Positions 12,291 to 28,025 of a stretch of 64,000 nt of DNA are shown here, piece by piece. The position numbers and the translations under genes are program-made. Every line of letters starts with the position of its first letter. Position 1 is the first letter of the stretch. The DNA comes from Octopus vulgaris. Its lineage: Eukaryota. A model generated the notes under the pieces. That model had not been told where the DNA came from, did no database searches, and saw only the letters and a program-made list of their open reading frames with translations. The stretch covers positions 57,474,001 through 57,538,000 of the forward strand of contig OX597814.1 in NCBI GenBank assembly GCA_951406725.2, written 5' to 3'.

Positions 12291-12722
12291 AAGGTAGTCA
12301 CTTGTTAGATGAACAAATACAAATCGCTCAACATTCTAGGAATGAAGGAAATGACATTGTTCCTGACGAAGATGGAAAAAGCCGAAATATCTTTCATCAT
12401 GTCTGATCAATCGATCGACCTGGGGTTAAACGATATTCGTATAGGTGTCGCAGAATAGTGGCTAATTCACCATTGTATGTCAGCTTGGTTTGCACTTCTT
12501 CCTGCGGTGGAGAGAACTCTTACTCGCAATAGACTTGCATCTTTACAACTATTTCAGTCACTACTTTTATACATATTTAAACACGTGATATGCTCTAACA
12601 GATAGTTAATACAAGGAAGATAATCATTTGTTCTTAATATTTGGTTGGGCAAAAGTTTGAATTTGAAATTCAGGAATTGCAAGGAAAAAGACACATAGAA
12701 TTTACATATTTAATATTATTAT

Positions 12723-13222
12723 TGAGTGAGGGCAGTGCATGCCATCAAAATAATACTGGCGTACACCAAGCACATGCAGCACAATCATATGTGCGCGACA
12801 TGGTGATCTCATATCAAGATGAACAGCGCATGACCTTGCAGGTGGAGTCAAGTTAGAATTTTCTTCAGGTTGAGTAGTCCATCCCGTTCAAATGGTCCTT
12901 GAATAAGGGTTGTTTAAAGATGTTGAACGAAGCACCCATGTTTCCAGAGGTGAATTCAAACTCCAAAGAATTCTCTCAACACATGGCTATGTTGCTCCCC
13001 CACTACTTCTACTTGTGATCAGAGATGCACATATTGTCAGCCACCAAAGGACATGCTCAACTGGTTAAGGTCAAACAACTGACAAGAAAATCTATGGTAG
13101 TGAGCAGAATGTTTGTTGTAGCCCATCGTTTATACCAAGACAAATTAATGTACGTGATAACACTTCCAATCAGTTAAGATAAGAAGCCATGAGAGCCACT
13201 GCCTGGTATTGCATCAGGACAA
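12723..13222 (-). mobile_element. (AAT)n-targeted ORF-less retroposon, full-length with one internal deletion
   Basis: Reverse complement of 24590-25143; flanked by att repeats. Confidence 0.85.
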
Positions 13223-14885
13223 TTATTATTTTGTTGCTTAAAAATCAACAGACATATGATAAAGGCAAGGTGTGGTCATTTCGTCCATACAACAGGCAGA
13301 GTATGTAGGACTAAGGTAGTCGATTAGTAAAGACGGTAGAGTATCATGTAAAAAGCATGAGCAGGCAGAATCGTTAGCTCGTAAATGATTTACCTGCTCC
13401 TTCAGAATCACTAGCCTTGTGCCAAAATCTGAGGTTGTATCATGATATAAGTCCCTGTATTGTAAATTTCTTCCAAGATTGATTTCTTCTTCGATGATAA
13501 GTATTTTCTAATAAGACATTTTAATTATATTATTTCAGATCTTATCAAATAATCATGACGAATATAAATTATCTTTAGTGGACAAATTTTCTGTCCGAGT
13601 CTGCTAGTAACTGATAATACTGTTTGGACATATAGTGTACTACTGTATTCTTAAATGTCCAAAACAAAAACCCGATGGAACAAAACAAAACATACCCAGC
13701 ATCTTGGCAACTCAGCCTGGAGTATCACCGTATTTTAAGCTCGCCTTACAATTCATTTCATTCCGGTTAAGAATTAACATGCAGGCAAGTAGAAAGCAAC
13801 GTACCGTAGGCTTCTTTCATATACTTGCTTAAAGAGAGCAAGTAGGACAGTGCTTAATATAATTTTCAGGGTTGACATTATCCTCAGACAGGGGACCTGG
13901 TCTGAATGCTTGCAAAAGAGAGGATTCTTCCTAAAAGCACCTAAAACCATATGAGTGTTAAACTGGACGGCAGATTAAGTCTAACACCCAACAATAGGAA
14001 CGGTCTCCACAACAGATTTCTAAGCAGCTTCCGACGACTAAATATGCTGTGAGGTGTACGTGAGCTAATTTGCATATTTGTGTTGGTTTAATTCCTCAGT
14101 TTCTTTTTAACCGTACCGCTAAGAATTTGTTTTAACTCTGCCTTCTGTGTCAACTCTTCCATACTTTTCCTGTTGACATTGGCCAACTGCTAAGTTATTG
14201 TTAGTACACTAACATAGATGGACCTGAAGATATTTACTCCAAGTTATATTTTACTGAGAAGATTTATATGCTTTAAACAGTTTGATTTGTGTGTGGTATA
14301 ACGAAACTGATAGGACGTACAATGTAAAATCTCTCCTCCTAGACGACATGTGTGAAAAGTTACTGGATTATGAATAACATAATTGGATCGTAAGATGCAC
14401 CTGTTTCTGCGTTATACGTTATCAGTTACGAATACTATATCTGCACCTCACAGCCCGAAAAGAACGAATTCGTTCTTATATTAGAACAGCAAACACTATA
14501 CTCACTGATGTGCGTTAAGCTTGGTCAAGCTAGAATTAGCTAAAGTCATACAGCAGTATTGAATCAAGTATATTCATGTAAAGTTATATTCAATATGTTC
14601 GAGTAGACTCGGTTGTGTGAAGAATTTTTGTTTCGGAAATGGTCTCGAAGAAAAATTCTCCTCCTGGACGACATATGTGGAAACACACTGGACTATGAAT
14701 GACTTTGTAGGACCGCAGTATGCATGCGTCTATTTTCAAACATGTCGCTAGGTAGGGAATTTTCTCACGAGACTATTTCTGCAGTATTCGAGACTATTTC
14801 TTTCCGTATCCGAGAGTACTTGAACATGTTAAATACAACTTTACACGAATATATTTTATTCAACGCTGTTTTGTGCGACTTTACT

Positions 14886-14887
<2 letters not shown>

Positions 14888-14937
<50 letters not shown>

Positions 14938-14944
14938 ACACACT

Positions 14945-15036
<92 letters not shown>
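14888..15036. repeat. (CA)n microsatellite
   Basis: Direct observation. Confidence 0.98.
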
Positions 15037-16613
<1,577 letters not shown>

Positions 16614-17559
16614 TTAAATTCTTTTTTTTTTTTAAATATAAGTGCTATAAGGTTGAACAGAACACAGAATGCACGTGTTTCTTTTAACGAGGCACAAATG
16701 TATGGAAATGCAGAAGCAGTTGAAAGAGAATAAAAGATGCATTGTAAAGTATGGGATTTCTAAAACTGAGACACGGCCAGCTATATTGAAGGGAAGAAAC
16801 AAAGTAAATAATATCGATCTACACTACTTGATTGATAATGATTTTATCCCAGATGGACGCAGGCAAATTTGGCCACAGTGGGAATTATGTATAGCGATGT
16901 AATGTTTGTGTAGTGTCAGTTTCTAAATTTTTGAACACTGTTGTCCATGTGTTAATCTGAAAAGCGCAAACACACACATACACACACACAGACACACGGA
17001 GAGACAAAGACAAACACACACATACTCAAACACAAACACGTGCTTACGCATATGAGCACGCTCTGTTTTATACATGTATGAATGTGCAATGTGTGTATTA
17101 TTAATATGTTTGTAAATTGAAATTTGAAGCAAGATTTTTCTAATATCTAGGTTAATTGTCTTTTCATAATAAAACAAAGGAAAAAAAATAACTGCTACGA
17201 AATCCACGTTAAATGGGGGAAAATTGAATCAATTAATTTAAAAGCTCTGAAGGTCATTAGCGCTGAAGAAGTTTCTTAATTATTCATACAGCAGAAAATT
17301 AACTAGTTCCACATCTTCTGATGAGATTTTGTGATTATTACAATGACACAAGAGAACCAGACACGAGAGACTGGCTTGTCATCAGCTCTCTCTCTATTAC
17401 TATAGCCAGCGTAATTTTATTTTAAACGAGGTCAGCGACGGTGATAATTAAGTTATTATTAAGTTCCTGACTTCGATTCTCAGCTAGAAAAGCGTAATTT
17501 CATTCACGTTACAGATGTTATATGTTAAAAGTAGGAATGAATCTCACAACTTCAAGTAC

Positions 17560-17900
17560 CGTGTTGTGAAGAAGTTCGTTTCGCAGCTATTTGGTTTCGA
17601 GTTCAATTCCCCCGTGTGACATCTTGGGAAAGTGCCTTCTACCATAACCCCGGGTTGACCAAAGCCTTGTAAGTGAATTTAGTAGGCAGGAACCGAGAAG
17701 AAGACCACCGTAAGTATGCATGAGTGTGAATATATCTTTGTATTTGTGTCTGTCTCGCTACCGTTTGACAATCGGTACTGGTTTGTTTACGCCTCCGTAA
17801 TCTAGTGGCTCGGTAAAAGTAATCAATTGATTAAAATAAGTACTAGAGATGATTCGACTAACCCAACAGGACCACAGGCCAACAAGTGAAACAAATAAAA
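17560..17900 (+). mobile_element. tRNA-derived SINE (OR-like), degraded
   Basis: Homologous to 26418-26845 (gagttcaattcc, gaccaaagccttgt, gtttgacaatcggt). Confidence 0.7.
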
Positions 17901-18308
17901 AAGGAACCCGAGAAGGATGAAATTAAAAAAAATCGAAATCAATCTTGGTGGGATTTGAACTCAGAATGTAAAAAGATATAACAATATAGTGTTGGTCTAA
18001 CAACAGTGGATTATACATAATGACGCATTTCTTTTTGTTTTTGTTTTTGCTCCATCCAACAGAAAACAGACTAGTTCCGATCTAGTTAGTATAATAATTC
18101 AGTAAGAGCATAGACGTTAACAAGGGTTGTGAGTAAAGATAAAAATCACGAGAGAATGCTGATTTAGAATATAACAAATATTAGTTTACAGTAATAGACA
18201 AGGCAGAGTAATCGTAAAGATGTTGGGAAAATGTACATACATATTCTGTTGTTTGATAGTCAATTGAATATAGCAGTGTAGAAAGTGTTCATATTTTCTT
18301 GATTTGTA

Positions 18309-19551
18309 TAAGGTTGTCTGGAAATTCTGAGCCTTTTTAAGCTAAAAATTTAAAGCTTCATTGAACACACATGAAACGTAACACAGTTAAAACTTTGGCT
18401 TTGTTTGAAGTGGTAGTACATCTCTTTGTTCCTTACTAAAAATAGATTTATCTTTCATCCTGGTTACCCTTTATTGACATGTGAAATGGATAACCAAAAA
18501 TGTCATATTCGCGTTGTAATGCTTTTCTATTTAAAAAAAGGAGAAAATGCTGCAAAGACTTGTAAAAACATTTGTGAAGTTTATGGTAATGATGCTGTAG
18601 GTGAATCAATTGTTCGAAAGTAGTTTGCAGAATTTAAAGTGGGAGAGTTTAGCTTGGAAGATGACAGTCGCAGCGAAAGACCTCAAAAATTGGATGAAGA
18701 TGTTTTGAAGGCAAAAATTAAAGGAAACTCAAATATCGCCACTAAAGAACTTGTAGAGGAGTTGGTAGTTTCTAAAAGTACGGCTCATGAACACTTGGTG
18801 AAGCTAGGATACATTTGTTGCTATAATGTATGGATTTCTCACAAACTTACAGAAAAGAATTGCTTGGACCGGTATTCTGTTTGTGATATGCGTTTGGAGC
18901 GGAATGCCTTTTTTGAAACAACTTGTGACTGGAGATGAAAAATGGATTGTGTACGAAAACGTAGTGCGAAAGAGATCCTGGAGTTTGCGTAAGGATCACC
19001 TAAAACAGCAACCAAAGACGAATATCCATGCCAAAAATGTTATGCTTTGTGTTTGGTGCGATCATAAAGGCATTATTTATTATGAGCTTCTCCCACAAAA
19101 CCAGACCATTAACTGGCTAATTTGAACCAAAAACTCAAAGAATTAAGACCGGAGATTGCCGATAGGAAAGGGGTAGTGTTCCACCTAGACAATGTTCGGC
19201 CACATGTATCTTTGACTACTCGAACAAAGTTACATGAGCTTGACTGGGATATCTTACCCCACCAACCATATTCTCCTAATATTGCGCCATCCGACTACTT
19301 GTCTTTGTCTCTACAGAATTCATTGCAAGGAAAAGCATTTAACGATTTAGATGGAGTCAAAATGCATTTAGATAACTATTTTTCTTCAAAACCAGTCAAA
19401 TTTTATGCTGATGGAATATTTAAATTATAGATGGGCATAGATCATTAATAATAATGGAAATTATTTCATTGAATAAAATTTATTGAAAGGTCAATTATTT
19501 ATATCCCTTTTCGAATATTAAAAATCATTCAGTGCTTTCCGGACAACCTAA
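18309..19551 (+). mobile_element. Full-length mariner (DD34D) with TIRs and TA TSDs; transposase disrupted
   Basis: TIRs taaggttgtctggaaa / tttccggacaacctaa, each flanked by TA. Transposase from 18486 with WISHKL, TGDEKW, HLDNVRPH and YSPNIAPSDY; stops and frameshifts. Confidence 0.93.
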
Positions 19552-19879
19552 TAAAATCAAATGTGTACACGCTGATATATATTCATCAGTAATTAGATAC
19601 TTTTTATGTCCTTGTCAAACGCTGGATATATAATTTAACGATGCATTTAACCCTTGAAAAAATATTAGACATTTGAACAAATCCGGGGTTTAATTCATTT
19701 AATTTGAATTTTTCCCACTCTCTATTAACGACCCCTGCATAGGTGACGAAATTTTCATCTTTTTTAAACTAAATTTAAACACTGCCAATGAGTATTGAAC
19801 AGGGAACTTCTTTCATTGAAAATTCTCAATAATAAAATAATTGTTTCATCGAAACAAATCTCACCCGGTTTCTTCGGCA

Positions 19880-20300
19880 GAATATAATTACAGTATTTTT
19901 TGTGTTCGGCAAGGGATAACTTTCTTAAAAGTAGTCGCACCTTCTCCTCATTTCAATTTTTACATTCTCTAAAATAGGCAGAAAAAGTAATACCTTCTTC
20001 TGGGTTATAAATAAATTCTCCAATTGTGTTTGCTACACCATATGACGAGAACGAACCTGAAGTGCTTTCAGATTTTAACATTACTTCCAGTAACTGTTGG
20101 TATTGTTGTTGTTGCTGTTGTGGTTGTTGTTGTTGTTGCAACTGCACCATGCAAGCCAATAAGTTTTCCATGTTAATTATTTCTTTCATTGATTTCGTTT
20201 TTCGTTGTACTAAGTACTCTTGTTTTTCGTTGTACTAAGTACTCTTGCTTTTCGTCGTACAAAGCATTCTTTGTTAGCACTCTTGTTTTTCGCTCGAAAT
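19880..20300 (-). mobile_element. Gypsy-type LTR retrotransposon gag N-terminal remnant
   Basis: ORF 19953-20189: Q-rich leader then NTIGEFIYNPEEGITFSAYFR, typical of K02A2.6-like Gypsy gag. Upstream 20300-20680 may be LTR. Confidence 0.7.
20198..20270. repeat. 25-bp tandem repeat (about 3 units) upstream of gag
   Basis: tttttcgttgtactaagtactcttg twice plus a degenerate third unit. Confidence 0.85.
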
Positions 20301-20729
20301 GGACTTTAGCTGGCTGCACAGTTGCATCCGATATATTGTGAGCTGGGGAATCGAACCCCTACCACATTCTAGCGACGGGACCAACATACAGTAATTCGAA
20401 CAACTACCATTACGGCAACTTACGGGTTTGGTGCGAGTTCAATTCGCACTAATACATCGTGTTCGGTGTGAGTTCAACGAGGAAACTAACACACCGTCTC
20501 AATAACCTCTGCTGACCTCTTGTCTCAACCAATATGCTACTCTTTATAAGATTTCGGTTAGTCCAGTCTTCCAATCCACTAGGAGTGTCAATGACTCTCG
20601 CCACAACGATAACGTACTTGTATTTAAACTGGAAGAATTTAATAATTGGCAAATGATTTCTTATTCAGCTTAACATATTTTTGTGACTTCAGACATGTTC
20701 TATAATGTGAAAGAAGAACTAGGAAAGAA

Positions 20730-20731
<2 letters not shown>

Positions 20732-20791
<60 letters not shown>

Positions 20792-20870
20792 GTGGAGATG
20801 GAGTAAGAGGGAGTGGAGGGAGAGAGGGAGAAAGAGAGAGTGGAGAGAGAGAGAGAGAGGGAGAGAGAGA
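20732..20870. repeat. (GA)n / GA-rich tract
   Basis: Direct observation. Confidence 0.95.
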
Positions 20871-23429
20871 TAAGACAGCTCAAAAAGAAGTGAGAAATTC
20901 TGCTAATCAGCTTGTCTTGCGCAGAGCGAAAGCATCAAGAGAAAATGTCTTTTGAGTTATACCTTATTTCTTTAAAACGATCACAAAACATCTGGTCTAT
21001 GATTGGCCAAAACAGTGAAACTAACATGATCGTATGCTCTGTGAAAGTATAAAGTTATAAAAAATGGTTGATTGTCCATTTATACCTGATTGGTTAAAAT
21101 TACATACACAGTTAAATAGTGAAACTAAAACGTCGCCTATTCAGGTTGCTACACGTCCTCCATTGATTCACGAGTCAAACTATGTACATACAGGTACAAT
21201 ATCGATTTTCCAGAACCTTTTGTGCCAAGGGCTTACCGGATTACTGATTTTTACGAACAAGGGCTGGTCACCTTGTCCAACACAATCTCAAATATTGACT
21301 TAAATATTTAAATGAAATCAGGTACATTAATATATTAGTATAAAGGATGCAAGTTTATTAATACTGTACTGTACAAAGTACAAGTCTGTGCAAAGTACTA
21401 GAAAACTTGTCTGGTGGCCGCCGGAACTGGAAGATCCTGTTGTAAATTAATGCGGTTTATTAGGGGTTCGGACCATCAGCACCAAGAAAGTCGGTGCTGT
21501 ACTTCTGACATTTATTTTGTGAAATTTTATATATCATACCTAAGCACATATTTCTCCACTACTGCGTAGTGATCTTCATGCTTTGTTTTTTGTATATCCA
21601 CAGAATAGGAGTGGCAGGATTGGTGGGGTCGCGATGTGAACGCTCCCCTTTTGTTCTTTTCACGTAACCAATTCTATAAGAGCGGTGGTTAAAGAATCAA
21701 CTGTTGTGCTTGATTGGTATCTTGGCAATCGCATCCAAAGTTATGAAATGTAAAGTTGGCCTCGGCGAAATTTGAACTCAGTGTTAGGCATTCTGTCTGA
21801 CGCTCCAACGATACTGTCAATTCATCGCCTAAAGAATTATCAATGAAATATATTTCTTTCGTATATTTCTTTCGTTTCTTCTAATTTATTTTGTCCGCGT
21901 ATTTAAATTAAGATAGACGCTTTCTGTCTATTACTTTCAAACTTACGACATATTTATTTATTTACTTATTGATTTATGTATATATTTATTCTCTGTCTAC
22001 GATTTTAACAAAGTCTTCATTTGTTGAATTGACCAGTTCTCAAAGGAAGAGTTCAAATTAATTTCTCTATAGGACATTGTCAGTTGTCATCTATCTATTT
22101 ACTGGTTAGCCAAACCCGATTTCAATCAATGATACACAACACAGTTTTTCAAATGTAGTATAAAATTATCATAGAAGTCAACTTGGCTTTGAAGCTAACC
22201 TTATTTTCACAAGGAATAGATTTTCCATCAAGTTTCAACCTGGAGTTCTTTATTAGATTTTAAGCAACATTTTTATAAAGTCATTGCAAAAGTAGCAGCA
22301 ATATAGTAAGAAGCTTCAGGTCAACGCTCTGCCTGTTTCTGCTAACTCAAACCAACAGAGGAGAAGGAAGAGAATGAGAAGATGAAATGGAGAAAATAGT
22401 ATTAGTGATATTAACGAAACTACTAAGGATTCTAGATGCTACAGACAAACCAGTAAGAATTTCTTCTATATAGATAACGTATAATATTTACAAGAAGCAA
22501 TATCCAGTTGAAAAAACTACTGAAAATTCTTTGTATATTCAGCTAAGACGTAAAATTAGCTATCGGATTAAACAAGCGTGTTGAAAGTACTTTAAAAATA
22601 GGTTATTTCTAATGAAATGTAGGTTAAAAAAGAAACAAAAACGATCAAGTGCATTGGTCCTGTGTTTGGCCCTACTGCAAGTGAATTCACACATATCTTT
22701 GGAATACTCAGCCACTCCGCTAATTCATTGAGTAGGTTGTCCTGTTGATCGAACACCGGGATACCCTTACTTTGAAATCAACAAGTGACTATCATAATAA
22801 AAGACTGTGAATATATTTATATCATTCCATACTCTATTACAAATAAAACATGCTTTACTGCAGTATACAAGGGAGAATAATACATTTTTATGAAATTATT
22901 TCTTTGAAAAATACTTTCCCAAAACCATTTGAAACGTATATTTCTTTTATCTTATTTCTACTCTACATGTGTATGTAGTGGCGAAATTCTTTGTCTAAAT
23001 CTTACCGAACTTAGAAGTTTCATTTGATGTCTACTATTAATTGCTCGAAATTTTCATAGCAAATTCCTGTGCAGTCATTGGCTTTAGTCGTTCGTTTACA
23101 TCGACTTGATGTTTGCACACGTTTTCGTAGATGCGCCGTTGATCCAAATTTAAAAAAAAACACGTCTTAATCAATAAACTGTTGCGAATGTAATAGCTAC
23201 ATCGTCTTTATCTATATAGACGCATAGCAAGGAGGTGATGCGGGTAGTAGTTTTCCCCACGCACAGGTGTTAACAGCTGCAAAATTTTCCCTTGTTTATC
23301 ATGTCTCTCTGTTAGAGTGAGAATACCAAATTATCTTTGCTCTCAGCTAGTGCGTATCTTTGCTACACCTCTATTCAAGTGATAACTACTTTTCAGTACT
23401 TTTCTCGTTGGCAAAGGTAAGCGAAATAA

Positions 23430-23970
23430 AAAAAAAATGGAGGTATGACCAAGTTGTAAAAGTTTTACACTGGATGCTTTGCCATAAATGGGGATTTGAA
23501 GGTGGAGACATATGGTTTGAACATCGGGTCGAAAGAGTACTGGAGTTGGAGAATTGCAAGATTTTCTGGGACTTTCCTATTCAAACGGACAAGAAGCTAG
23601 AAGATATTAGACCAGACATGTCCATCATGTCCGTTTGATTCTAGGACTGTAAAGAAAGAAGACGAAAAACAAAAACAAAAAATATAATCTCTAAAAATTT
23701 GAAATAGCAAGAATTTGGAATATGCAAACTGTAAAGGATGTGCCTATAATAATTGGTGCATTGGGAACTGTAAGTAAAGATATAGACAAATGGTTGAAAG
23801 AGACTGAAATAGGATGTCCTGTAGAGCTTCTACAGAAAGTTTATCTCTTAGGGACGGAAAGATTATCATGAGGGTTTTAAGCACTTGAAAGACTTTTGAA
23901 AGCTAGTGGATACCTAAGGTTACCCACATAAGTCCTGCGAAGAATAAGACCGAACCTGAGCTAAATCAAT
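23430..23970 (+). mobile_element. 5'-truncated R4/Dong-type (RLE) non-LTR retrotransposon
   Basis: RYDQVVKVLHW, FWDFPIQTD..IRPDM, PIIIGALGTV, LLQKV.LLGT (restriction-like endonuclease); ends in aataataac. Confidence 0.85.
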
Positions 23971-23974
23971 AATA

Positions 23975-24342
23975 ACAAGAGCACTCAGAAAACGCAAACC
24001 TCCACCAAGGCAAAACCAACGTCCTCTCAAAGATTAGCCGGAGATGCTTTTTAATGTGAGAATATCTGAAATAAACTCGACTGCTCTCACAAATGAGAAT
24101 ACTAAAAATGAACCCGATCGCTCTAAAAAACTAAGTAACAAACAGGAAAAATCATCTAGAATCCTTGTCTGGTACCGGATCGTTTCCCAAACCTAATCAG
24201 TTCGTGCCAGTTATGAGGCCAAACATCCCTGAAAATTTCATCCGAATCCATCCAGCAGTTCTTGAGATATATTGTCTACGGACAAATAAGCAAACAAACA
24301 CGACTGTAAAGAATACCCCCACGTTCGCTAAGGCGGAGGTAA
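23975..24342 (+). mobile_element. Helentron/HINE-like non-autonomous element
   Basis: Subterminal inverted motif acctccaccaagg / aaggcggaggt; aaatttcatccgaatccatccagcagttcttgagat followed by a (caaa)n block. Confidence 0.6.
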
Positions 24343-24344
24343 TA

Positions 24345-24560
24345 ATGATTTCAAATCTCTACACAAGGCCAGTAATTTCGGGGGCGGGGTAAGCTAGTTA
24401 CATCGATCCCAGTGATCTACTGGTACTTATTTTATCGAGCCCGAAAGGATGAAAGGTAAAATCGACCTCGGGGGAATTTGGACTCATAACGTAATGATGG
24501 ACGTGATGCCGCTAAGCATTTTGCTCAGCATGTTAACGATTCTGCTAGCTTGTCGCCTTA
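24345..24560 (-). mobile_element. tRNA-derived SINE (OK-like)
   Basis: Reverse complement of the family at 61563-61770. Confidence 0.75.
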
Positions 24561-24589
24561 AAAAAAAAAATAATAATAATAATAATAAA

Positions 24590-25143
24590 TGCCCTGATGC
24601 AGTACCAAGCAGCGGCTCTCCTGGGTTCTGATCTTAACTAACTAAGTGTTATCATGTACATTGTTTTGTCTTGATGTAAAAGATGGGCTACAGCAAATAT
24701 TCTGCTCAATACCACAGATTTGCTTGTCAGTTGTTTGACCTTAACCAGTTGAGCATGTCCCTTAGTGGCTGACGATATGCGCATCTCTGATCACAAGTAG
24801 AAGTAGTGGGGGAGCATCATAGCCATGTGTTGAGAGGGATTCTTTGGGGTTTGAATAATTCACCTCTGGAAACATGGGTGTTTCATTCAACATCCTTAAA
24901 CAACCCTTAATCAGGGACCTTTTGAGTGGGATGGGTTACCTGACCAGAAGAAAGTTCTAACAAGGCCCCACTCGCAAGGTCATGCGCTGTTTATCTTGAT
25001 ATGAGATCACCATGTCGCACACATATGGTTGTGATGCATGTGCCTGGTGTACCCTTATCAGAGGGGTAGTCATGATGGGTATACTGGGCTTCGTATATTT
25101 TACCCCAGTGTCACTTTGATGGCATGCACTGCTCTCTCACTCA
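24590..25143 (+). mobile_element. (AAT)n-targeted ORF-less retroposon, full-length ~555 bp
   Basis: Starts gccctgatgcagtacc, ends ctctctcactc; (AAT)n on both sides; 5 copies in the window. Confidence 0.88.
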
Positions 25144-25155
25144 ATAATAATGATG

Positions 25156-25193
<38 letters not shown>

Positions 25194-25194
25194 T

Positions 25195-25400
25195 GGTGAA
25201 AAGAAAACCAATAATAACTGGAGCATTGGGTATGATAAAGAAACATGAGGAAAAACGTAGAAGCTATACCTGGATCCCCAACACTACACACGATCTAAAA
25301 AAATAACCCTGATAGGAAAAGTCCACATCTTACGCAAGACACTATCAATCCAATAATACAACCTAAATAAAATAACCCACAAACACAAGACACACTCTAT
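25195..25400 (+). mobile_element. RLE non-LTR 3' fragment in (AAT)n
   Basis: PIITGALGMIKK..IPGSP..KITLIGKVHILRKTLSI. Confidence 0.7.
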
Positions 25401-26417
25401 ACAGCAATTACCAAGTGAAATAAATTTTCTACTAGCAATATGGATAACCAATGCAATATCAGTGTAGTACATTTGGTATTTTCCTTTGACACTACCTCTA
25501 AATTTTCCATAAAGCCATCAACAGGGGCGTTTCATCCTCCATTCAGAAATGCTGTTTCGGAGCAGAGCCGATGAAGAAACAAATACGTATTCACTTGAAC
25601 TGCTAGAATGAGCAGCTAAATTTTCCACAAATCATAGACTAGAATATTTAAAAAAGACGCGTTGGATAACATATTCCTTGGTTCCCCCCAAATGGGAGGA
25701 GGACGGGATGGTCGTTACTGGAATGACTTAGATCATAGGCCAGCTTAACTTGGGGCAAAAAAACAACGACAACAATATATAACTATTCTAGAGCAACGCT
25801 ACTACATTCTGCTATCGAAATGAAACTCTACGGGGATACTGGGTTATAAAGAGTAATCGATTTTTATCAGATTATACTTTTATCGAGTGGTACTTGTTTT
25901 ATAGACTGCATCAGGGCAAGATTTGAACTAAGAACATAAAGCGATGTAACTTAACGCTACAAGGCATTTCGTCCGATGTTCTCTAATTTTATAAACAACA
26001 TAGCACGCTATGTTAACGAATATAAAAATCTTATTTTATAACTTGCTGTATTTCTACCAGTTTATGTTTTGTTTTCACTGTTATGTTGTTTCAGTTAATT
26101 TAACTTCATTTTCTTGGTTGCCTGTTTAAGAACAGTGCTTTAGTTGATATTCAACCTGGTAAGAAGGAGGTGACGAACAAAAATGGTATTTTGCCGGATA
26201 AAATTCTTATCATGTGTCTTTAGTTCTTCAAGTTAGACCGACTGTGGTTGATTTATAACTGGAATTGATTCAGTTGACATAAATCCCCTTTATATGCAAT
26301 TTGTGACTTTTTGTCGTTGTAAAAAATAAATACTTATGTTATTGTTGTTCGGATCGAGTAGGTTTATGACGAAAAATTTCCAACTGTGATAATTGTGTCT
26401 TTTAATTTTTATTTTAA

Positions 26418-26845
26418 TAGGCATAGCATTGGCTATGTGGTAAGAAGCTTGCTTTCCAACCTATTGGTTCCGGGTTCAGTTCCACTGCATGGCACCTTCG
26501 GCAAGTGTCTTCTACTATAGCCTCGAGCCGACCAAAGCCTTGTGAGTGAATTTGGTTGAAGGAAACTGAAAGAAGCCCATCGCATATATATATGTATGTA
26601 TTTATATGTTTGGTGTGTGTGTCTTTGTGCCTGTGTTTGTACACTGGCCATCGTTTGACAACCGATGCTGATGTGTTTCTATCCCCATAACTTAGCTGTT
26701 CGGCAAAGGAGACCGATAGAATAAGCACTAGGCTAACAAAGAATAAACTCTCGGGTCAATTTATTCGACTAAAAAGCCCTTAAGACAGTACTACAGCATG
26801 GCCACAGTCAAATGCCTGAAACAAGTAAAAGATAAAAGATAGCTG
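26418..26845 (+). mobile_element. tRNA-derived SINE (octopus OR-like), near full length
   Basis: A box tggctatgtggt, B box ggttcagttcc, body ggcaagtgtcttctactatagcc, tail cagcatggccacagtcaaatgcctgaaacaagtaaaagataaaaga. Confidence 0.85.
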
Positions 26846-27983
26846 TATTTCTGTGGTGATATGTACATAAGTCATGTATTGAAACATTTACAAGGTGGAT
26901 GAGTTATTCTAGCCGTTGATGGACACACTGAAGCAGCTACATTAATTTTTCGGCTATTTCTAATTAATTCTGTCTTAATTAGTTTGTGGGCAGATTCTAT
27001 AAACTCCAGAAATTATCATTATTCTTTCTGTTCGTTTTCCTCATTTTCTGTTCTTTTTCCTCATTTATTGTTTATTGTTCTTAATTACTTCCACCTTTAA
27101 TCATGGGAGTAATTAATGTCAAACTGATTATAAATTACTGAAAATTATATATAAAAACAGCCAATAAACAAACGAAAGATGATTCTACCAGATCGATCAT
27201 TTGTAAGTACAATTCATTCGAGAGGTACACCAGTACAGATAATGGTCAAAGCAAGGTATGTGAAACAAACTCACATATGAGTTGTATATTAAGAAATAAA
27301 CTCTAAAATATAATGGGCATGTCAAGAAAGTGATCAAACTTTCGTGAATACTACATAAGGATGACGGCTTGGGTTATACGATGTAGGTGGTAAGTTCAAT
27401 AGGCTTTGGACGGGCTATGTTGAAAAGAAAGCTAGATCCATATTTTAGCAATAAGCTCTACATAAACTGACTTGGTATTGTGAGAGAACCTACATATCTT
27501 ATGATCTAATACTTAGACAGGTATCTGAGTCAGTTTTCATTTGAGAGGACAAACCTTGTCGTAGCCATAAGTCCAAATGAGCTAACGCCAATGCACCATA
27601 TTGACGACCAGTTACATAATACCCACACCAATACTCTCTGTGTCTTTCTCTTTGGATTTCTGTTCGCAGCCTCTGCTGTTAACCGTAAACCATAAAACAA
27701 TATTTTCAGCTTATCGAACTTCGATATTGGAAAACTAGACAACCTTCTACGTCAATAAATCACTATTGCTCCTGAAAGTTGTTAATTATACCTTCAACGG
27801 ACTGCTCCGAGATTACTATCTTCCTACACCTTGATCCTTGGATTTTACCATTACTTATTACTACATATATGTATGTATATACACACACACACACACGCAC
27901 ACACACACACACACACACACAAACATATATAGATCTTATCTTTACTTATTACTGTATATATATATAAATATATATATAATACG

Positions 27984-28025
<42 letters not shown>

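Noticed and set aside
12350-12405. CUGACGA...GAAA
   Set aside because: Helix II and helix I do not pair next to the core.
20340-20385. B-box-like ggggaatcgaacccct suggesting a tRNA
   Set aside because: No cloverleaf or A box; probably part of the Gypsy-associated region.
22387-22452. Possible first exon MEKIVLVILTKLLRILDATDKP followed by GTAAGA
   Set aside because: Hydrophobic core is broken by K and R, and no downstream exon was found; could be chance.
27530-27742. 70-aa minus-strand ORF with a hydrophobic segment
   Set aside because: No recognisable family motif; flanking frames are full of stops.
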